A stretch of 64,000 nucleotides of DNA from positions 1 through 64,000 of IMG/VR virus record IMGVR_UViG_3300009419_000009; one strand, written 5' to 3'. The stretch comes from an uncultured virus (IMG/VR IMGVR_UViG_3300009419_000009) (lineage: Duplodnaviria; Heunggongvirae; Uroviricota; Caudoviricetes). Within the stretch, counting starts at the first letter, position 1. Every line of letters starts with the position of its first letter. Below the pieces are notes generated by a model. The model ran no database searches. It worked only from the letters and a program-made list of their open reading frames with translations, and was not told the origin of the DNA. The translations under genes were made by a program, and so were the position numbers. This document shows positions 34,731 to 45,586 of the stretch, in pieces.

Positions 34731-36142
34731 TATACTGTTTTACCTTGTGATAAATTTCTTAATAGGGTATCAGCATCATTGATGTTGATTTCATATCTGG
34801 CTGCAATCTCAGCTGTGAGTTCTTCAACACTAAATTGAGGAAGAGTGCGAGCACTGGTTGCCAATGTGTTTGTTGTAGCTTGCGGCAACTGAGGAAACGG
34901 TGCTGGCGTAAATGGTCCAGTGCTCGAAGGCACAGTTGATACCAATGCACCATCACTACTGGCTCTGTAATCTATTGAAGGCAGTGTTTCGTCGCGCAGT
35001 TGTTCTCTATTGAGAACATCAACAATAGTAGTTCCGTTAGGTAGTCGTGGATTATTACCACTGGCATTTAATGCATTGATACCAGTGCCTGGCTGTACGC
35101 CTGATGATTCTGCAATGATTGGCGAGCCACTACCACGTATGGTATTTGTTGAGTCAGCAACACTAGGCACGGTGACTCGAGACAAAGGATTTGCACCACT
35201 GCCAAGTGCCACTTGAATAGTGTTCAACCCTTCATTGATTGCCATGTCTCCAATGTTTTTACCTTTGAATGTTTGCTGTGCTTTGTTTAGTTTTAAGAAT
35301 GCTGCACCAAAGTTGCCTGTGGCCAGGTCTGCCATAACGTTGTCTAGAGTATCTACCAGACCGCCAGTACCAAACACACTAGAAGTAACACCAGTTTTAA
35401 GAGGACTTGGCACATTATCGTACAACAATAAAAAACTGTCGCTGAAATTGTCCTGCGTGACTGCACCTCTAAAATACTTTACTGTTTCGTAGGCAACAAC
35501 CATGTCATGTTCTAGTAGATTAGATCCGTCATTGGTATGTTCGCCATGGCGGAATGCTGTAATAATTGGATTGATTAAAACATACTCGCTGAATCGACCA
35601 AGACTAAAACTAAAGATGCGAATGGCTCGCAGTGGGTTATAACTTTGAGTTCCTGCCAGCTCGTCAAAACCTGGACGAGGATTATAACCCCATCCATCTT
35701 TATTTCTAGGAAAACTTTTATTAGTAGTTAGATACTGTCCCAGTACATAGTCACTATCTCTATAGTAAAATGACATATAGTCATACCAAAATTCTCTAAT
35801 GATATCACTGCTGTCGTCATGAAACTTCAGTGTCACCGGATCATACTTTAATTTCTTCTGAATAATATTGGCACGATTGTAGGCATTTACAGTTTGAGTA
35901 TCAATGGTAAACTTTGGAAGCTGTGCAGACTTGGCCAAGGCGCCCATTTGGATTGCTGATTTTGCATTTGTCAATAGACCTTGCGGGCCATCGTCAAAAT
36001 CAAATTGCACATAGAACATGAACGCATATTTGGGACTGCGAATAAATTTGCCGTCCACAAATATTTTTGAAGCGTGTTGATACGACTTCAAAGTGTCTTG
36101 TGAGTTTAATCCTTGGGTAAGGGTTTCTAGTAAATTGGCCAT
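34730..36142 (-). CDS. Tail-tube-like baseplate junction protein (gp48/gp54-like)
   Basis: LPKF......N.YNR......Y.PV...FHDD resembles the adjacent tail tube; start MANLLE after TAAATA. Confidence 0.6.
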   Translation of the reverse strand: MANLLETLTQGLNSQDTLKSYQHASKIFVDGKFIRSPKYAFMFYVQFDFDDGPQGLLTNAKSAIQMGALAKSAQLPKFTIDTQTVNAYNRANIIQKKLKYDPVTLKFHDDSSDIIREFWYDYMSFYYRDSDYVLGQYLTTNKSFPRNKDGWGYNPRPGFDELAGTQSYNPLRAIRIFSFSLGRFSEYVLINPIITAFRHGEHTNDGSNLLEHDMVVAYETVKYFRGAVTQDNFSDSFLLLYDNVPSPLKTGVTSSVFGTGGLVDTLDNVMADLATGNFGAAFLKLNKAQQTFKGKNIGDMAINEGLNTIQVALGSGANPLSRVTVPSVADSTNTIRGSGSPIIAESSGVQPGTGINALNASGNNPRLPNGTTIVDVLNREQLRDETLPSIDYRASSDGALVSTVPSSTGPFTPAPFPQLPQATTNTLATSARTLPQFSVEELTAEIAARYEININDADTLLRNLSQGKTV

Positions 36143-36170
36143 TGGTGTTTTCCTAGTAGTATTTATGACC

Positions 36171-36200
36171 AAAAAAAAGCCCAGCAAATGCCGGGCTTTT
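36171..36200 (-). terminator. Intrinsic terminator after tail tube
   Basis: AAAAGCCCGGC/GCTGGGCTTTTTTTT. Confidence 0.8.
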
Positions 36201-36220
36201 GTAGTGTGTTGCCGTCTGGA

Positions 36221-36847
36221 TCAACCAGTCATTGTTGTACCCAATGTTCTTCCAATAGCGGCTCCTACTCCTGAGACGCCTTGTGTTTGAATTGCATTGT
36301 CATATTTCATTGTTAACTGAATTTTGACAGGATCGTTTGATGTGTAGTTTAGTTCACCATAGTTGACTGCGCTCAGCAAGCAACCATAGATTTCCCAAGT
36401 TTCAAGCACGTTTGGTCCACCACCACTAGCAGTACCGTTACCGCCATCTAGCATTTCACAAACTGTGATAAACTTATAATCAATACCCGAAGCGGCAGAA
36501 GCCTGCTCCATAAAGTCAAACTGTTTCTGTAATTGCTCGCCCACTAAACGGCTTACGTTACCTTGCGCATCGTCGCGTAGGTTAATTGTAATGTCTTGCC
36601 AAGCTGGTTTTCCAAGTAGTTTCACACGACTGTTGTAAGCATCGACTGTGACTTCGTCGAATGTTACTTGAGGGCGAGTAAAATCCATAACCTGTTTGGT
36701 AAGTTCTGTTTTAGGGTTGCTTACCCCAAAGCCGTTAAATGTAATGCGGAATCGGTAGGACAGTTTGGGCATCAACAGACCTTGCGTTGACGCACTTTGG
36801 CTGGTAGCCAACGGTACTGTAAATTTTGTTAATGATGCAACAGCCAT
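36221..36847 (-). CDS. Tail tube protein (gp19-like)
   Basis: RFR..F, GK..W..I....RDD, V.YGEL.Y, YD; follows the sheath gene. Confidence 0.85.
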   Translation of the reverse strand: MAVASLTKFTVPLATSQSASTQGLLMPKLSYRFRITFNGFGVSNPKTELTKQVMDFTRPQVTFDEVTVDAYNSRVKLLGKPAWQDITINLRDDAQGNVSRLVGEQLQKQFDFMEQASAASGIDYKFITVCEMLDGGNGTASGGGPNVLETWEIYGCLLSAVNYGELNYTSNDPVKIQLTMKYDNAIQTQGVSGVGAAIGRTLGTTMTG

Positions 36848-36927
36848 TTTTGTAATCTCCTATTACTTTTATTTATCCTTTTTGGAGAGTTATAAATCAG
36901 CCCCAGCTGACCTATAACTCATTCCAA

Positions 36928-39900
36928 TTACCTTCCGCCTGCCGCAATATCACCTGGATTCTTCAAGCGAATTGGGATGTAGATAAACTCAACATCTTTC
37001 ATTGGCTCGATAGCAATATCCACATACAGCTCATTACGTGCAATACGATCTGACGTATTGTTGGTGGTGTCACAAACTACTAGGTAGTCGTAAATACCAC
37101 GTTTTGCTACTAGATCGTTCATTGCGCCATCAATTGCATTCTTGATCTGGTCACGTGTGCCTTTGTCGTTTGGCTCAAACAAATAAGCATTACTGATACC
37201 TGTTAAAGTGGTACGAATAAAGTTTACCAAACGACTTACGTTCACGCGATCTGTGCTCTGAGCAACTGCGCTACGTGTTTTGTTACCATACACAGTGATA
37301 CCTGCACCTGGCAACAAACTGATTGGGTTGATACGATTGATGTACAACATATCGCGTTGGCTTTGTGTGATACCAGTGCGTACAAACTGCCCAGTAGTGT
37401 AGTTTACATAACCAATTGCATTGGCATTGTCAATCTGTCCACGGCGTGTTCCAGCTGGTGCGAACCAAGGAAAGCTGATGTTATCGCTGTAGATGAATGT
37501 ACGCAATGCCATATGACTTGCTGGGACTACAATTTCGTTGCCGTTGATATCATTGGTCAATCCATGTGGATAATATGTACCTAGGTACACATGTCCAGAC
37601 ACTTCTGATGTTTCGCTCCACTGAGTTACTGCTGTGCTAACAGGAGTAAGATCAAGTGGTGTGTCGCCAATGATAAATGCAGTTTCGTTACGGTCCTTGT
37701 TCAAGGTTACCATGTTAGGAATCAGCTCTGGATAACCTGGGCAAACGATCAAGTTGTAGTTGTATTGCTCTTCACGGATGTCAGTATTGCTATCAATGGC
37801 GCTTCGCAGAGCCTTGATAACCATTTGGCGTTGAGCTTTGTGTCCATGATATGGAGTTCCGTCGCTTTGTACACCGCTGGCATTTACCCATGTGCTGGTA
37901 TAAGTTGGAATAGTACCAATTTCGTTGCTGCCATCATCTGTTGCTTCTGGATAAGCTGTGGCTGTGAATTTGGCGCTGACAAATTGTTTTACATTCATGC
38001 CGTTGCGGCGTGTGTTCCACAACAATGTACCACGTGGATACAAGCGATAGTCTGGGCAGTCAAGGTCAATGTAGTTGCTGAGCAACATGGTTGCAACCTC
38101 TGGTAGATCGCCTGCTACTGGGTCAACAATGCCACCAACACTGGTTGCACCATCAAGACTTGCGTCCCAACGTGCATCAGCAAATATCACACCGTTTTGG
38201 CTGATCTTGTCGGTGTTGTCAAGCAATGTCCAGTTTGCACCTGTGTAACGATACAATACTGGGAAGTTTTCCAAGTCAGCTGTGTCAATCCACAAGTCAC
38301 CTGCCACAAGAGCAGTGCCGTCACTTTGCAGTGTTGGTTGTGTTGTTGCAAACAATGGACCAGCTGGGTCGGTGTTGGTCAGATTGTAACCACGAGCATC
38401 GTTGGTTACTGTGCGATACCCTTTCCAACCGTCTGTGCCACAGATCATTACATCTGCTTCAGTAGCATTTCCATAGTACCACAGTGCGCCATCTTCTGGA
38501 GCAATGTATGGTGTTTCGGTGCTGTAAGTCAAGTCTGTCAGTGTTGTCCACTTGCTGGCAACCAAACTACCAAAATATGAACCACTTTCGATACGTTCAA
38601 TACCAGATATAGTAGTGCTAAAGCCTGCTTCACTGATTTGATTGTTACCCACACCCTGGTTACCAGTTGTGTCAGTTAAAATAATGTCACCACCTGAACG
38701 ATGAATTAAACTTACTGCGCCAGTGGTTTCCTTTTGTGCAAACACATTTGGAATATTCTTGGCCAGGACCAATGCTACAAAAGCATCAGCTGTGGTACCA
38801 TTGGTAGTAAATGTATAGTCAGAAACTGTAGGACTACCTGCTTGTGTTACACTGAGAGTAAATGTACGTCCAATAGTAAATGTTGGACTTGTGGTACCTG
38901 TTACTTTTGTTTGGCCTGTACCGTTGCGTTTGAACACACGGAATGTTGCAGGATATGATGTTTTGGCATTTGGACTGTAAGGATTGGCTCCGCCATCTGT
39001 TGTGATATCCAATGATCCGTATTGAATAAACACACTGGAATCAACAATGCTTGCTCCGCCGTTCAGTGCATCAATACCCGCAAGTGCGGCTGCACGTGAA
39101 GCATACAAAGGAGCACTTTGTGTGGTAAAGGTTGATGTTGAACTATTGTATTTTTTAACTGCCCAGCTTGCGCCGCCGCCTGTGGCACCAGTCTTGATCC
39201 AGATACTACCGCTTGGTGCAGGTGTTGCTTCGCCTGTGGCAAATGTTGGCACTTGAGTATAAGTACCAAATTTTAGCATTGGTGCATAGTATGTTTTGCT
39301 GGCCACGCCTGCTGCCAACAATCCCAAAGTCACAGCGGTGTTGTTGCTGCCTTCTTGAATAGTGACTGTTCCAGCGCCGCTGGCTGCTGTTGCATCTGCA
39401 CGAATAATCAAACGCAATCCAGTTGCTGTATCAGTGTCAGCAGTGATACCAGTCAATCCTGCGGTGTTGTTAATACTGCTAACAACTTCCGCTACAGTTT
39501 CTGCTGTAATACTGTTTGTAGCGTTGATAGTAACTTGTACACCATTGATGCTAAAATAGTCACCATCGTTAACTTTGTCTGTGGTGTAATCAACCACAGT
39601 GCTTTCCACTGTTGGCCATGTTTCTTGCCAAGCACTGGTACCTAGTGGTACCCAGGTATTGGTATGATCTTTATAGAACATTGGGTTGTTTGCATTACGC
39701 ACCACAACAGCATATGATCCAATGCTACCCACGCTGGTTTTTGGTGTGTTCAAATCATCATTTTGAACATCGTTTACGCTGGTAATTATTGTAGGAGTAA
39801 TTTTGCTGTAGGCCTGGGTTGCCGCGCTCCACTGGAACAAACCAAAATCTGTTGCAGTAAGATCAAGGTACAGGAAGTTGTTGGCAACTTCGCCTTTGGG

Positions 39901-40275
39901 ACGAATGCTAGTGGCTGTGAGAGCATTGAGATCAATGTCAGCACGGATGGCATATACCTGACTGCCAATTCCCAAAGCACTGTATGCGGCTTGTAGACCA
40001 TATTCGTTGCGCTCATCGCCGTGTAGTGGACTGCCACCCGAAGTACGGAATGTTGGATATCCTAATGCGTTGATTAGTTCGCGTTGACTACCAAACGACT
40101 GAAGTCTGCCTGCGTTAGCTTTGGTAGTACCAGTAGCAGTGCCACCGGTAGCAGGACTAGTTTTGTCTTGTTGTGTAGCAAGTAGGAGCAGAGGAATGGT
40201 TCCTGTTCCGGCAGTAACATATTGACTTTCGTCTGTTACTGTAATGCTTACACCTGGTGAAGTTAAAGTTGCCAT
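36928..40275 (-). CDS. Tail sheath protein (gp18-like) with large insertions
   Basis: L.SPGV, WFAPAG..RG, Y..RINPI, R.NV.RL, FEPND, VCD.TNNT, EFIYI. Confidence 0.93.
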   Translation of the reverse strand: MATLTSPGVSITVTDESQYVTAGTGTIPLLLLATQQDKTSPATGGTATGTTKANAGRLQSFGSQRELINALGYPTFRTSGGSPLHGDERNEYGLQAAYSALGIGSQVYAIRADIDLNALTATSIRPKGEVANNFLYLDLTATDFGLFQWSAATQAYSKITPTIITSVNDVQNDDLNTPKTSVGSIGSYAVVVRNANNPMFYKDHTNTWVPLGTSAWQETWPTVESTVVDYTTDKVNDGDYFSINGVQVTINATNSITAETVAEVVSSINNTAGLTGITADTDTATGLRLIIRADATAASGAGTVTIQEGSNNTAVTLGLLAAGVASKTYYAPMLKFGTYTQVPTFATGEATPAPSGSIWIKTGATGGGASWAVKKYNSSTSTFTTQSAPLYASRAAALAGIDALNGGASIVDSSVFIQYGSLDITTDGGANPYSPNAKTSYPATFRVFKRNGTGQTKVTGTTSPTFTIGRTFTLSVTQAGSPTVSDYTFTTNGTTADAFVALVLAKNIPNVFAQKETTGAVSLIHRSGGDIILTDTTGNQGVGNNQISEAGFSTTISGIERIESGSYFGSLVASKWTTLTDLTYSTETPYIAPEDGALWYYGNATEADVMICGTDGWKGYRTVTNDARGYNLTNTDPAGPLFATTQPTLQSDGTALVAGDLWIDTADLENFPVLYRYTGANWTLLDNTDKISQNGVIFADARWDASLDGATSVGGIVDPVAGDLPEVATMLLSNYIDLDCPDYRLYPRGTLLWNTRRNGMNVKQFVSAKFTATAYPEATDDGSNEIGTIPTYTSTWVNASGVQSDGTPYHGHKAQRQMVIKALRSAIDSNTDIREEQYNYNLIVCPGYPELIPNMVTLNKDRNETAFIIGDTPLDLTPVSTAVTQWSETSEVSGHVYLGTYYPHGLTNDINGNEIVVPASHMALRTFIYSDNISFPWFAPAGTRRGQIDNANAIGYVNYTTGQFVRTGITQSQRDMLYINRINPISLLPGAGITVYGNKTRSAVAQSTDRVNVSRLVNFIRTTLTGISNAYLFEPNDKGTRDQIKNAIDGAMNDLVAKRGIYDYLVVCDTTNNTSDRIARNELYVDIAIEPMKDVEFIYIPIRLKNPGDIAAGGR

Positions 40276-40377
40276 GTTCGTCTTTCCTTTATATGATGAC
40301 GTTTTAGATATTTATTTGGTTTCGGCAAAAGACACCCATTACAGGTACCTTTATAAAGGTCACCGCATAAATACCAT

Positions 40378-40731
40378 ATGACAACACGTAAATTGTGCCC
40401 AAAATGCAATCAACATCCGGTTGCAATCAACTACATACGCAACGAAAAAACCTATTATCGAGGTTTATGTGGGTATTGTAGTAAAAAGGGCAAGAAAGTC
40501 AAACACCAACCACCGCAATGGTATCGGTCTGGATATAGAAAAAAACCACAGTGCGAACGCTGTAGCTTCAAGGCTGAAATGCCCGGTGACCAGTTGTTAG
40601 TATATCACGTTGACGGTAACCTGCACAACAACGACCGTAGTAATCTAAAAACTATCTGCTTAAACTGTCGGCCAGCGGTTTATAAATCGCGGCTTCCGTG
40701 GCGACCTGCTGAGGTTGTACAAGACTTCTAA
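40378..40731 (+). CDS. Zn-finger/HNH-like protein
   Basis: Several CxxC pairs, H.DG...NN...NL...C.NC. Confidence 0.7.
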   Translation: MTTRKLCPKCNQHPVAINYIRNEKTYYRGLCGYCSKKGKKVKHQPPQWYRSGYRKKPQCERCSFKAEMPGDQLLVYHVDGNLHNNDRSNLKTICLNCRPAVYKSRLPWRPAEVVQDF

Positions 40732-41326
40732 TCTGAGTGTACAAGGATTCGATAGTGCCATTGTTATCAATTATGGCATCAAAGTCTGTGCCTACCCAGG
40801 CTGTTTCACTTGCATGGATAGCATTGTCAGTTAGCCACTGTTGTGCTTTTGTATCACCTCGATTGGCCATACAAGCAATGTCATGCCAATGCGGCATGAC
40901 GCCACGTTGTACCCATACTATACGGCCACCTTGTTCTTTGATTGCTTTGATTTCATTAGGAAAACGCACATCACTAATAACTGTATGATCACTGCGCCGG
41001 GCAAGTCTTGATTGCAGTGCGGCAATCCAGATATCATCGTGGAAGTGGTTACGGCATACCTCTGTACCCCACCACTGCAAAATCCACCGTGGCGTCAAGA
41101 GTGGCATTTGCAATCTTTCTGCCCACCAGGTGTCCACTTGCTCGCGCCAGGCACGAGCTTCAGGAGTACGTCCTTCAATTAGTTCTCGATCCCAACCAAA
41201 CACCGCGCTTACTGCATCCTTGAGTGTGCCAGCAAAGCTGTCGCGTCTGAAGCCATGAAAGCCCACAAGATAGTCTGCCGCTGTGTCTTTGCCACTACCA
41301 ATGAAACCGCAAATTCCTATGATCAT
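40652..41326 (-). CDS. Deoxynucleoside monophosphate kinase (T4 gp1-like)
   Basis: G..GSGKDT, FA..LK, TPR..LQ..GTE, DVRF.NE, H.SE. Confidence 0.92.
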   Translation of the reverse strand: MIIGICGFIGSGKDTAADYLVGFHGFRRDSFAGTLKDAVSAVFGWDRELIEGRTPEARAWREQVDTWWAERLQMPLLTPRWILQWWGTEVCRNHFHDDIWIAALQSRLARRSDHTVISDVRFPNEIKAIKEQGGRIVWVQRGVMPHWHDIACMANRGDTKAQQWLTDNAIHASETAWVGTDFDAIIDNNGTIESLYTQIRSLVQPQQVATEAAIYKPLADSLSR

Positions 41327-41377
41327 AAAAAAGCCCCTAGTATATAGAGGCTAGTTTACACAAATAAATGGCAAAAG

Positions 41378-41758
41378 TCAAACGCCGTATTTGTTCTTTT
41401 TCTTGGGTGCAACAGGACTTTGTTTATGAGTGTCTTGCATTTCTAAACTTTTCATGTTGCCTTTGTTCATGTCTTTGTAGTTGGCCCCTACCAGTTTGTA
41501 GCTTTGTTTCAGCATGTCTGCTTCTTCTTGTGTGTAAGGATGTGCTGTGTGTTTCTTGCCGTAGAAAGTTTTAGGATCCATGTCAGCAAGATTGCCTTTG
41601 CCATCTGCACAAGCCAAGGCCAATCCTAATCTAAAATGTGTGTAATCTGTGTTTGCTCGTTCTGCATCGCTAAAGGTATGCAGTCCCGGGTTCGACTCCT
41701 TGTAATTTTTAGGAATGTCTCCGGCTTTCACTTCCGTGATAATTTCATTAATTTTCAT
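41378..41758 (-). CDS. Hypothetical protein
   Basis: 126 aa, MKINEIITE N-terminus. Confidence 0.65.
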   Translation of the reverse strand: MKINEIITEVKAGDIPKNYKESNPGLHTFSDAERANTDYTHFRLGLALACADGKGNLADMDPKTFYGKKHTAHPYTQEEADMLKQSYKLVGANYKDMNKGNMKSLEMQDTHKQSPVAPKKKNKYGV

Positions 41759-42775
41759 TTAGCAATTCCATTTACGTAATGCCAATGCTTTGCGAGTTGG
41801 CTTGCCATTGGGCTTTTTCATAGGCCCTTTGACTCCGCCCATTCTAGCACAAAATGATTTGCGGCGCTTGGCTGCTTTAGAGCCTGGCTTCAACTTGCTG
41901 GGTTTAGTAGTCACTGCCATTTGTAGTTTGCTACCTGGATTTTCTCTACGATAGCTAGCAACACCTTTTGCGTTGAGTCCACCTTTTTTGCTTTTGCCAG
42001 CACTGCGTCTCCAGGCTGCTGTTTCAAACAAAGCACGATCGTCCATGGCTTCAAATGTTTCCCATACTGCATCAGCACTGGTCTGTGTGTTGGTTGCAAT
42101 TTCTTCAGCAAACAATTCCATTGCTTCGTACATTTCTGCAATCTCTGGATCTTCATTACCTTCTTCAGACTTCATGTAGTCCCATACTGTAACCAGCATT
42201 GACTTTGCCACAGCAATCTTTTCTTGACACCATTCAGGCAAGTTATCGCCAGCTTGAATTAAATCATCAATGCCGTCGACTGCACGTTCTAGTGTTTCAA
42301 GGTTATTGTCTGCCATGCCTGCTTCGTCGTCATACTCAGGATTGAACTGATCGTGTTCACCTAAGGCTCCTTTAATGTTACCCTTGGCTAGTTTGGCAAT
42401 AGGACCACCGATGTCTTTTTTGATTTTTTGAACTATGTTTGTTGGTTGGCCAGCACGTGCGGCCAAACGCTGTTCAGCATCATCAGCACGATTTTGTATT
42501 TGCATTGATCGAACTTTGGCATCCATTTCTAGTTCTTGTGGGTGCGGAGCGGCCTCGTCAACGTTCTTTGGCTTCTTGCCTGCCTTCTTCATGCTGATAG
42601 CAATAGCCGCTTGCTGTGCAGGGTTGGCAGCTTCTTCCACTGACTCAGCAGGTACGCAGTTGTTTACACGTACTCCACCCTTCATTTTGGTTTTAGGGTT
42701 GCCAATTTTTTTACCTGTCCAACACTTGGGATCCAAACGGACTTTTTCTTCTACAACAATTTCAGTTACTTTCAT
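41759..42775 (-). CDS. Hypothetical mosaic protein with basic C-terminal domain
   Basis: CW.G...V.NCV, LPEW.Q.KI and GGLN.KG..SYRRENPGSKL...RRKSFCARM modules recalled from T4-like phage hypotheticals. Confidence 0.65.
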   Translation of the reverse strand: MKVTEIVVEEKVRLDPKCWTGKKIGNPKTKMKGGVRVNNCVPAESVEEAANPAQQAAIAISMKKAGKKPKNVDEAAPHPQELEMDAKVRSMQIQNRADDAEQRLAARAGQPTNIVQKIKKDIGGPIAKLAKGNIKGALGEHDQFNPEYDDEAGMADNNLETLERAVDGIDDLIQAGDNLPEWCQEKIAVAKSMLVTVWDYMKSEEGNEDPEIAEMYEAMELFAEEIATNTQTSADAVWETFEAMDDRALFETAAWRRSAGKSKKGGLNAKGVASYRRENPGSKLQMAVTTKPSKLKPGSKAAKRRKSFCARMGGVKGPMKKPNGKPTRKALALRKWNC

Positions 42776-42785
42776 TTTTGTTCCT

Positions 42786-43919
42786 TTATCCTGTTACCCA
42801 GGTATATGGTTCACTGCCGTCGATAAAACGCTTGAGCTCTTCTTCCAGCGCATCCATTTCGGCTTTGGCTTCTGATTTGAGTGCCGCACCATTCAATTGC
42901 GTTCCGCCCTGTGGACCAGCAATGGTAGCAAACTTTTCACGTGCTTGACCCAACATGTCTTTGGCCGCAGCCAAGGCATAGTCTTGTATCCAAGGCAACA
43001 CTCGGTAGTCGTTGAATATCATGCTGTCAGGTTTTTTGTTATATATCCAAAGCAGTACTGTTTCTGATGGATCTTCATTGGCTGGTGCATAGATGTTGGT
43101 CACATTGAGATCAAATCCAGTCACTGCTGTAGTATTCAATATTTCTTTGCTTTCAACTGTGAACAAGGTATTGTTGTTGCTGGCTGTTAGTACTTCATAG
43201 GTATTGTTATAGCCGTTCTTGGGGCAATTGATAATGGCAATGGTACTGCCCACAGTTGCAATATCCCAAGGGTCGTACAGTTCAAATGTGATAGTGCTAC
43301 CAACTGCGGTGCCACTGGCGCTGAGTGTCTTCATGCGCTTGTAGGTATGACCAGTGTTTGGCATCTTGCGGACAATGGTCAGTTTTCTAGTGACTGGGTT
43401 GAATGTAAAATTCATATAGCCACCAAACATACGCATGGCCAGCTCTTGATACTGCGAGAACAATTCGTAGTTGACCAAGCCGCCCACGCGACCTGCTACC
43501 AACATATAGGTATTTAGATAGCCTGATGCAAACGGTTCAAATTGACTGGCAGTTGTGCCAGTGACACTGCCAATGCCACGACGAAACACTTGCCGTACCA
43601 TTTGTATTTCTGCTGGCAGTATGTATTCTTGTGTTTCTGGCAGTAGCTCAAGAAACGCATAGCTTTCTTCTTGGCTGTTTTGTGCTCGTTGACGATACCG
43701 GCTTAGTGCCTTGTCAATGGCCACTTTGTAGTGTGCAGGATCTAGTTCAACATCAACCATGCCGTCACCCAGACGGAAACGGATATAGTCTTCAATTTCT
43801 TTGCGCTTTAGCGCATTTGAATCAACGGTGGTTTCATCGTAGGCAATTGGACCCGGCCCGCCTAGGCTGTCCGTTAATAGTGCTTGTCTACCATTTAACC
43901 CTGTTTTGAGTGTGGCCAT
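42786..43919 (-). CDS. Neck protein (gp13-like)
   Basis: YI...LG...VDVEL, W...YA.A..K..LG..R.KF....GP.GG..LNG. Confidence 0.85.
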   Translation of the reverse strand: MATLKTGLNGRQALLTDSLGGPGPIAYDETTVDSNALKRKEIEDYIRFRLGDGMVDVELDPAHYKVAIDKALSRYRQRAQNSQEESYAFLELLPETQEYILPAEIQMVRQVFRRGIGSVTGTTASQFEPFASGYLNTYMLVAGRVGGLVNYELFSQYQELAMRMFGGYMNFTFNPVTRKLTIVRKMPNTGHTYKRMKTLSASGTAVGSTITFELYDPWDIATVGSTIAIINCPKNGYNNTYEVLTASNNNTLFTVESKEILNTTAVTGFDLNVTNIYAPANEDPSETVLLWIYNKKPDSMIFNDYRVLPWIQDYALAAAKDMLGQAREKFATIAGPQGGTQLNGAALKSEAKAEMDALEEELKRFIDGSEPYTWVTG

Positions 43920-43958
43920 AAAAAATCCCTGTATGCTGTATTTAGCACACAGGGATTT
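43920..43958 (-). terminator. Terminator hairpin with a TAAATA late motif in its loop region
   Basis: AAATCCCTGT...ACAGGGATTTTTT; tattta at 43939-43944. Confidence 0.65.
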
Positions 43959-43971
43959 GGAACAGTCCTTG

Positions 43972-45195
43972 TTACTGTACTCGAAGCAACATCACGTCTG
44001 CATTTATGCGTCCGTTTAGTTTGGTTTCTGTGGCTTTGATACTGTTAAGGAAAGTGCGCAATGCCACTTTGCCGGCTTTCATAAAATCAGCCAATTGCTG
44101 ATCTGGTTTGCGCAGGGTCTTGCTTGCGCTTTTGGCAGTGTAGTTGTCAATACTGGTACCTTTGATAGCCAGCCCAGAACTTGACATTGCCATGTACTGT
44201 CCTAGCTTGCGAGTTTTTGTATTGTAAACCCACAGCTCTTGAGCACCAATGATATCCACAGGATTAACACTGACCAATTTCAATGTGTTATCTTGCTTGA
44301 GATACTTGAGCTTGGCCACCAGTTTTTCTTTGCTAGGGCTCTTTTTAACTCTAGCTTTCTTTGTGGCTTTTTTCACACCACGATACTGCTCAACTGCTTT
44401 TTGCAGTTCATCCAACCAGGCGTAGATACGCTTGTAGTCAGCGGCTTTGAAATGTTTGTAACCTTCAACCAATTGCTCATCTTCTCGGGCCTGTGCGGCT
44501 TCTAACTCTGCACGGGTAGAGTCAAACGCTGATTCAAGTTTGCCCAACTGGGCTTGCGCAACATTTTGTGCAACAAGGAAGTCATAGGGCTTGAACGTGC
44601 TCTTGGTGTTGGTCACAACATCATCAAAGTGACCTTCAAGTTCACCAATGGTAGCGGACAACTTTTCATTCAAACGGTCTTGAATGGTTGGTACGTATAC
44701 TTTGGGCGTGTCTTCTTTTACTGCCAGGTCATCTTCTTCTTCGTTGTATTCGGTGTATTTTTCAACGACGTCACGAACTGCTGTTTCAAGATATTGCAAT
44801 GCACGAGGCTTGAGTGGCATGCCTTTGCCATGTGCGGCAATGATACTACATGCAGTGATTGGTACCCAACGGCTTTTGATCACCTTGCTGAGATCAGATT
44901 TAGTGACCACAAAGTGTTTTTGCTCTTGGAGCCATGTGATAAAATCAGGCTTCAAGTCTTTAACACTGAAGTGATAATTGTAGTAGTAAAAACTACGGCG
45001 CAGGTGGTGATCAAAATCTGCATCACTCATTGCAAGTGCTCGTTCAGTGTCCCACTGAGGTTCACCACCTGTGTACTTTTCGTCTGCTAAGTGAGCTCTG
45101 CGTACACTTACTTTTTTCTTTGCAATTTTAACGCCCGCCACTGTTTTGCCAGTGTTGGCTTTTTTAACGGGTGCTTTTTTAGTGGCCGTTGCCAT
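43972..45195 (-). CDS. Conserved hypothetical phage protein
   Basis: 407 aa; IIGA..LW.YNTK.RKL, KTLRKP, GRIN; SD AAGGAG; TTGACC-17-TATAAT at 45227-45255. Confidence 0.7.
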   Translation of the reverse strand: MATATKKAPVKKANTGKTVAGVKIAKKKVSVRRAHLADEKYTGGEPQWDTERALAMSDADFDHHLRRSFYYYNYHFSVKDLKPDFITWLQEQKHFVVTKSDLSKVIKSRWVPITACSIIAAHGKGMPLKPRALQYLETAVRDVVEKYTEYNEEEDDLAVKEDTPKVYVPTIQDRLNEKLSATIGELEGHFDDVVTNTKSTFKPYDFLVAQNVAQAQLGKLESAFDSTRAELEAAQAREDEQLVEGYKHFKAADYKRIYAWLDELQKAVEQYRGVKKATKKARVKKSPSKEKLVAKLKYLKQDNTLKLVSVNPVDIIGAQELWVYNTKTRKLGQYMAMSSSGLAIKGTSIDNYTAKSASKTLRKPDQQLADFMKAGKVALRTFLNSIKATETKLNGRINADVMLLRVQ

Positions 45196-45251
45196 TTTTG
45201 CTCCTTGGAAAATTGATTACCTAGTAATTATACAATAAAACGGAAAAAAGG

Positions 45252-45521
45252 TCAACCATGTTGCAAATGAGCTAACATTAGCCATTTTTCGTACTCTATA
45301 ATACTTTCGTTTATACGGGCCAGCAACTCTTGTTGTCGTGGACTTGATTCTTTTCGGTTGCGCCGGAGCTCAACTTCTTCACTGCCCAATTTGTGTACCA
45401 GGCTTTCAATGCCACCTATCATACGGGCTAGATCTTTGCGGCAATTGGTTGGTGCGGAGTGCATCTGGGCACGAAGTTCCGTACTAATTGGGTTCCAATC
45501 CAGGGCTGTTTTTACACGCAT
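45252..45521 (-). CDS. Hypothetical protein, leaderless
   Basis: TTGACA-17-TACAAT (45528-45556) with ATG 6 nt downstream (MRVK). Confidence 0.65.
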   Translation of the reverse strand: MRVKTALDWNPISTELRAQMHSAPTNCRKDLARMIGGIESLVHKLGSEEVELRRNRKESSPRQQELLARINESIIEYEKWLMLAHLQHG

Positions 45522-45586
45522 AGCAGTATTGTAGCACCGTTTGGACATAGTGTCAATCCTGATAAATATCACAATAAGGATCCAAA

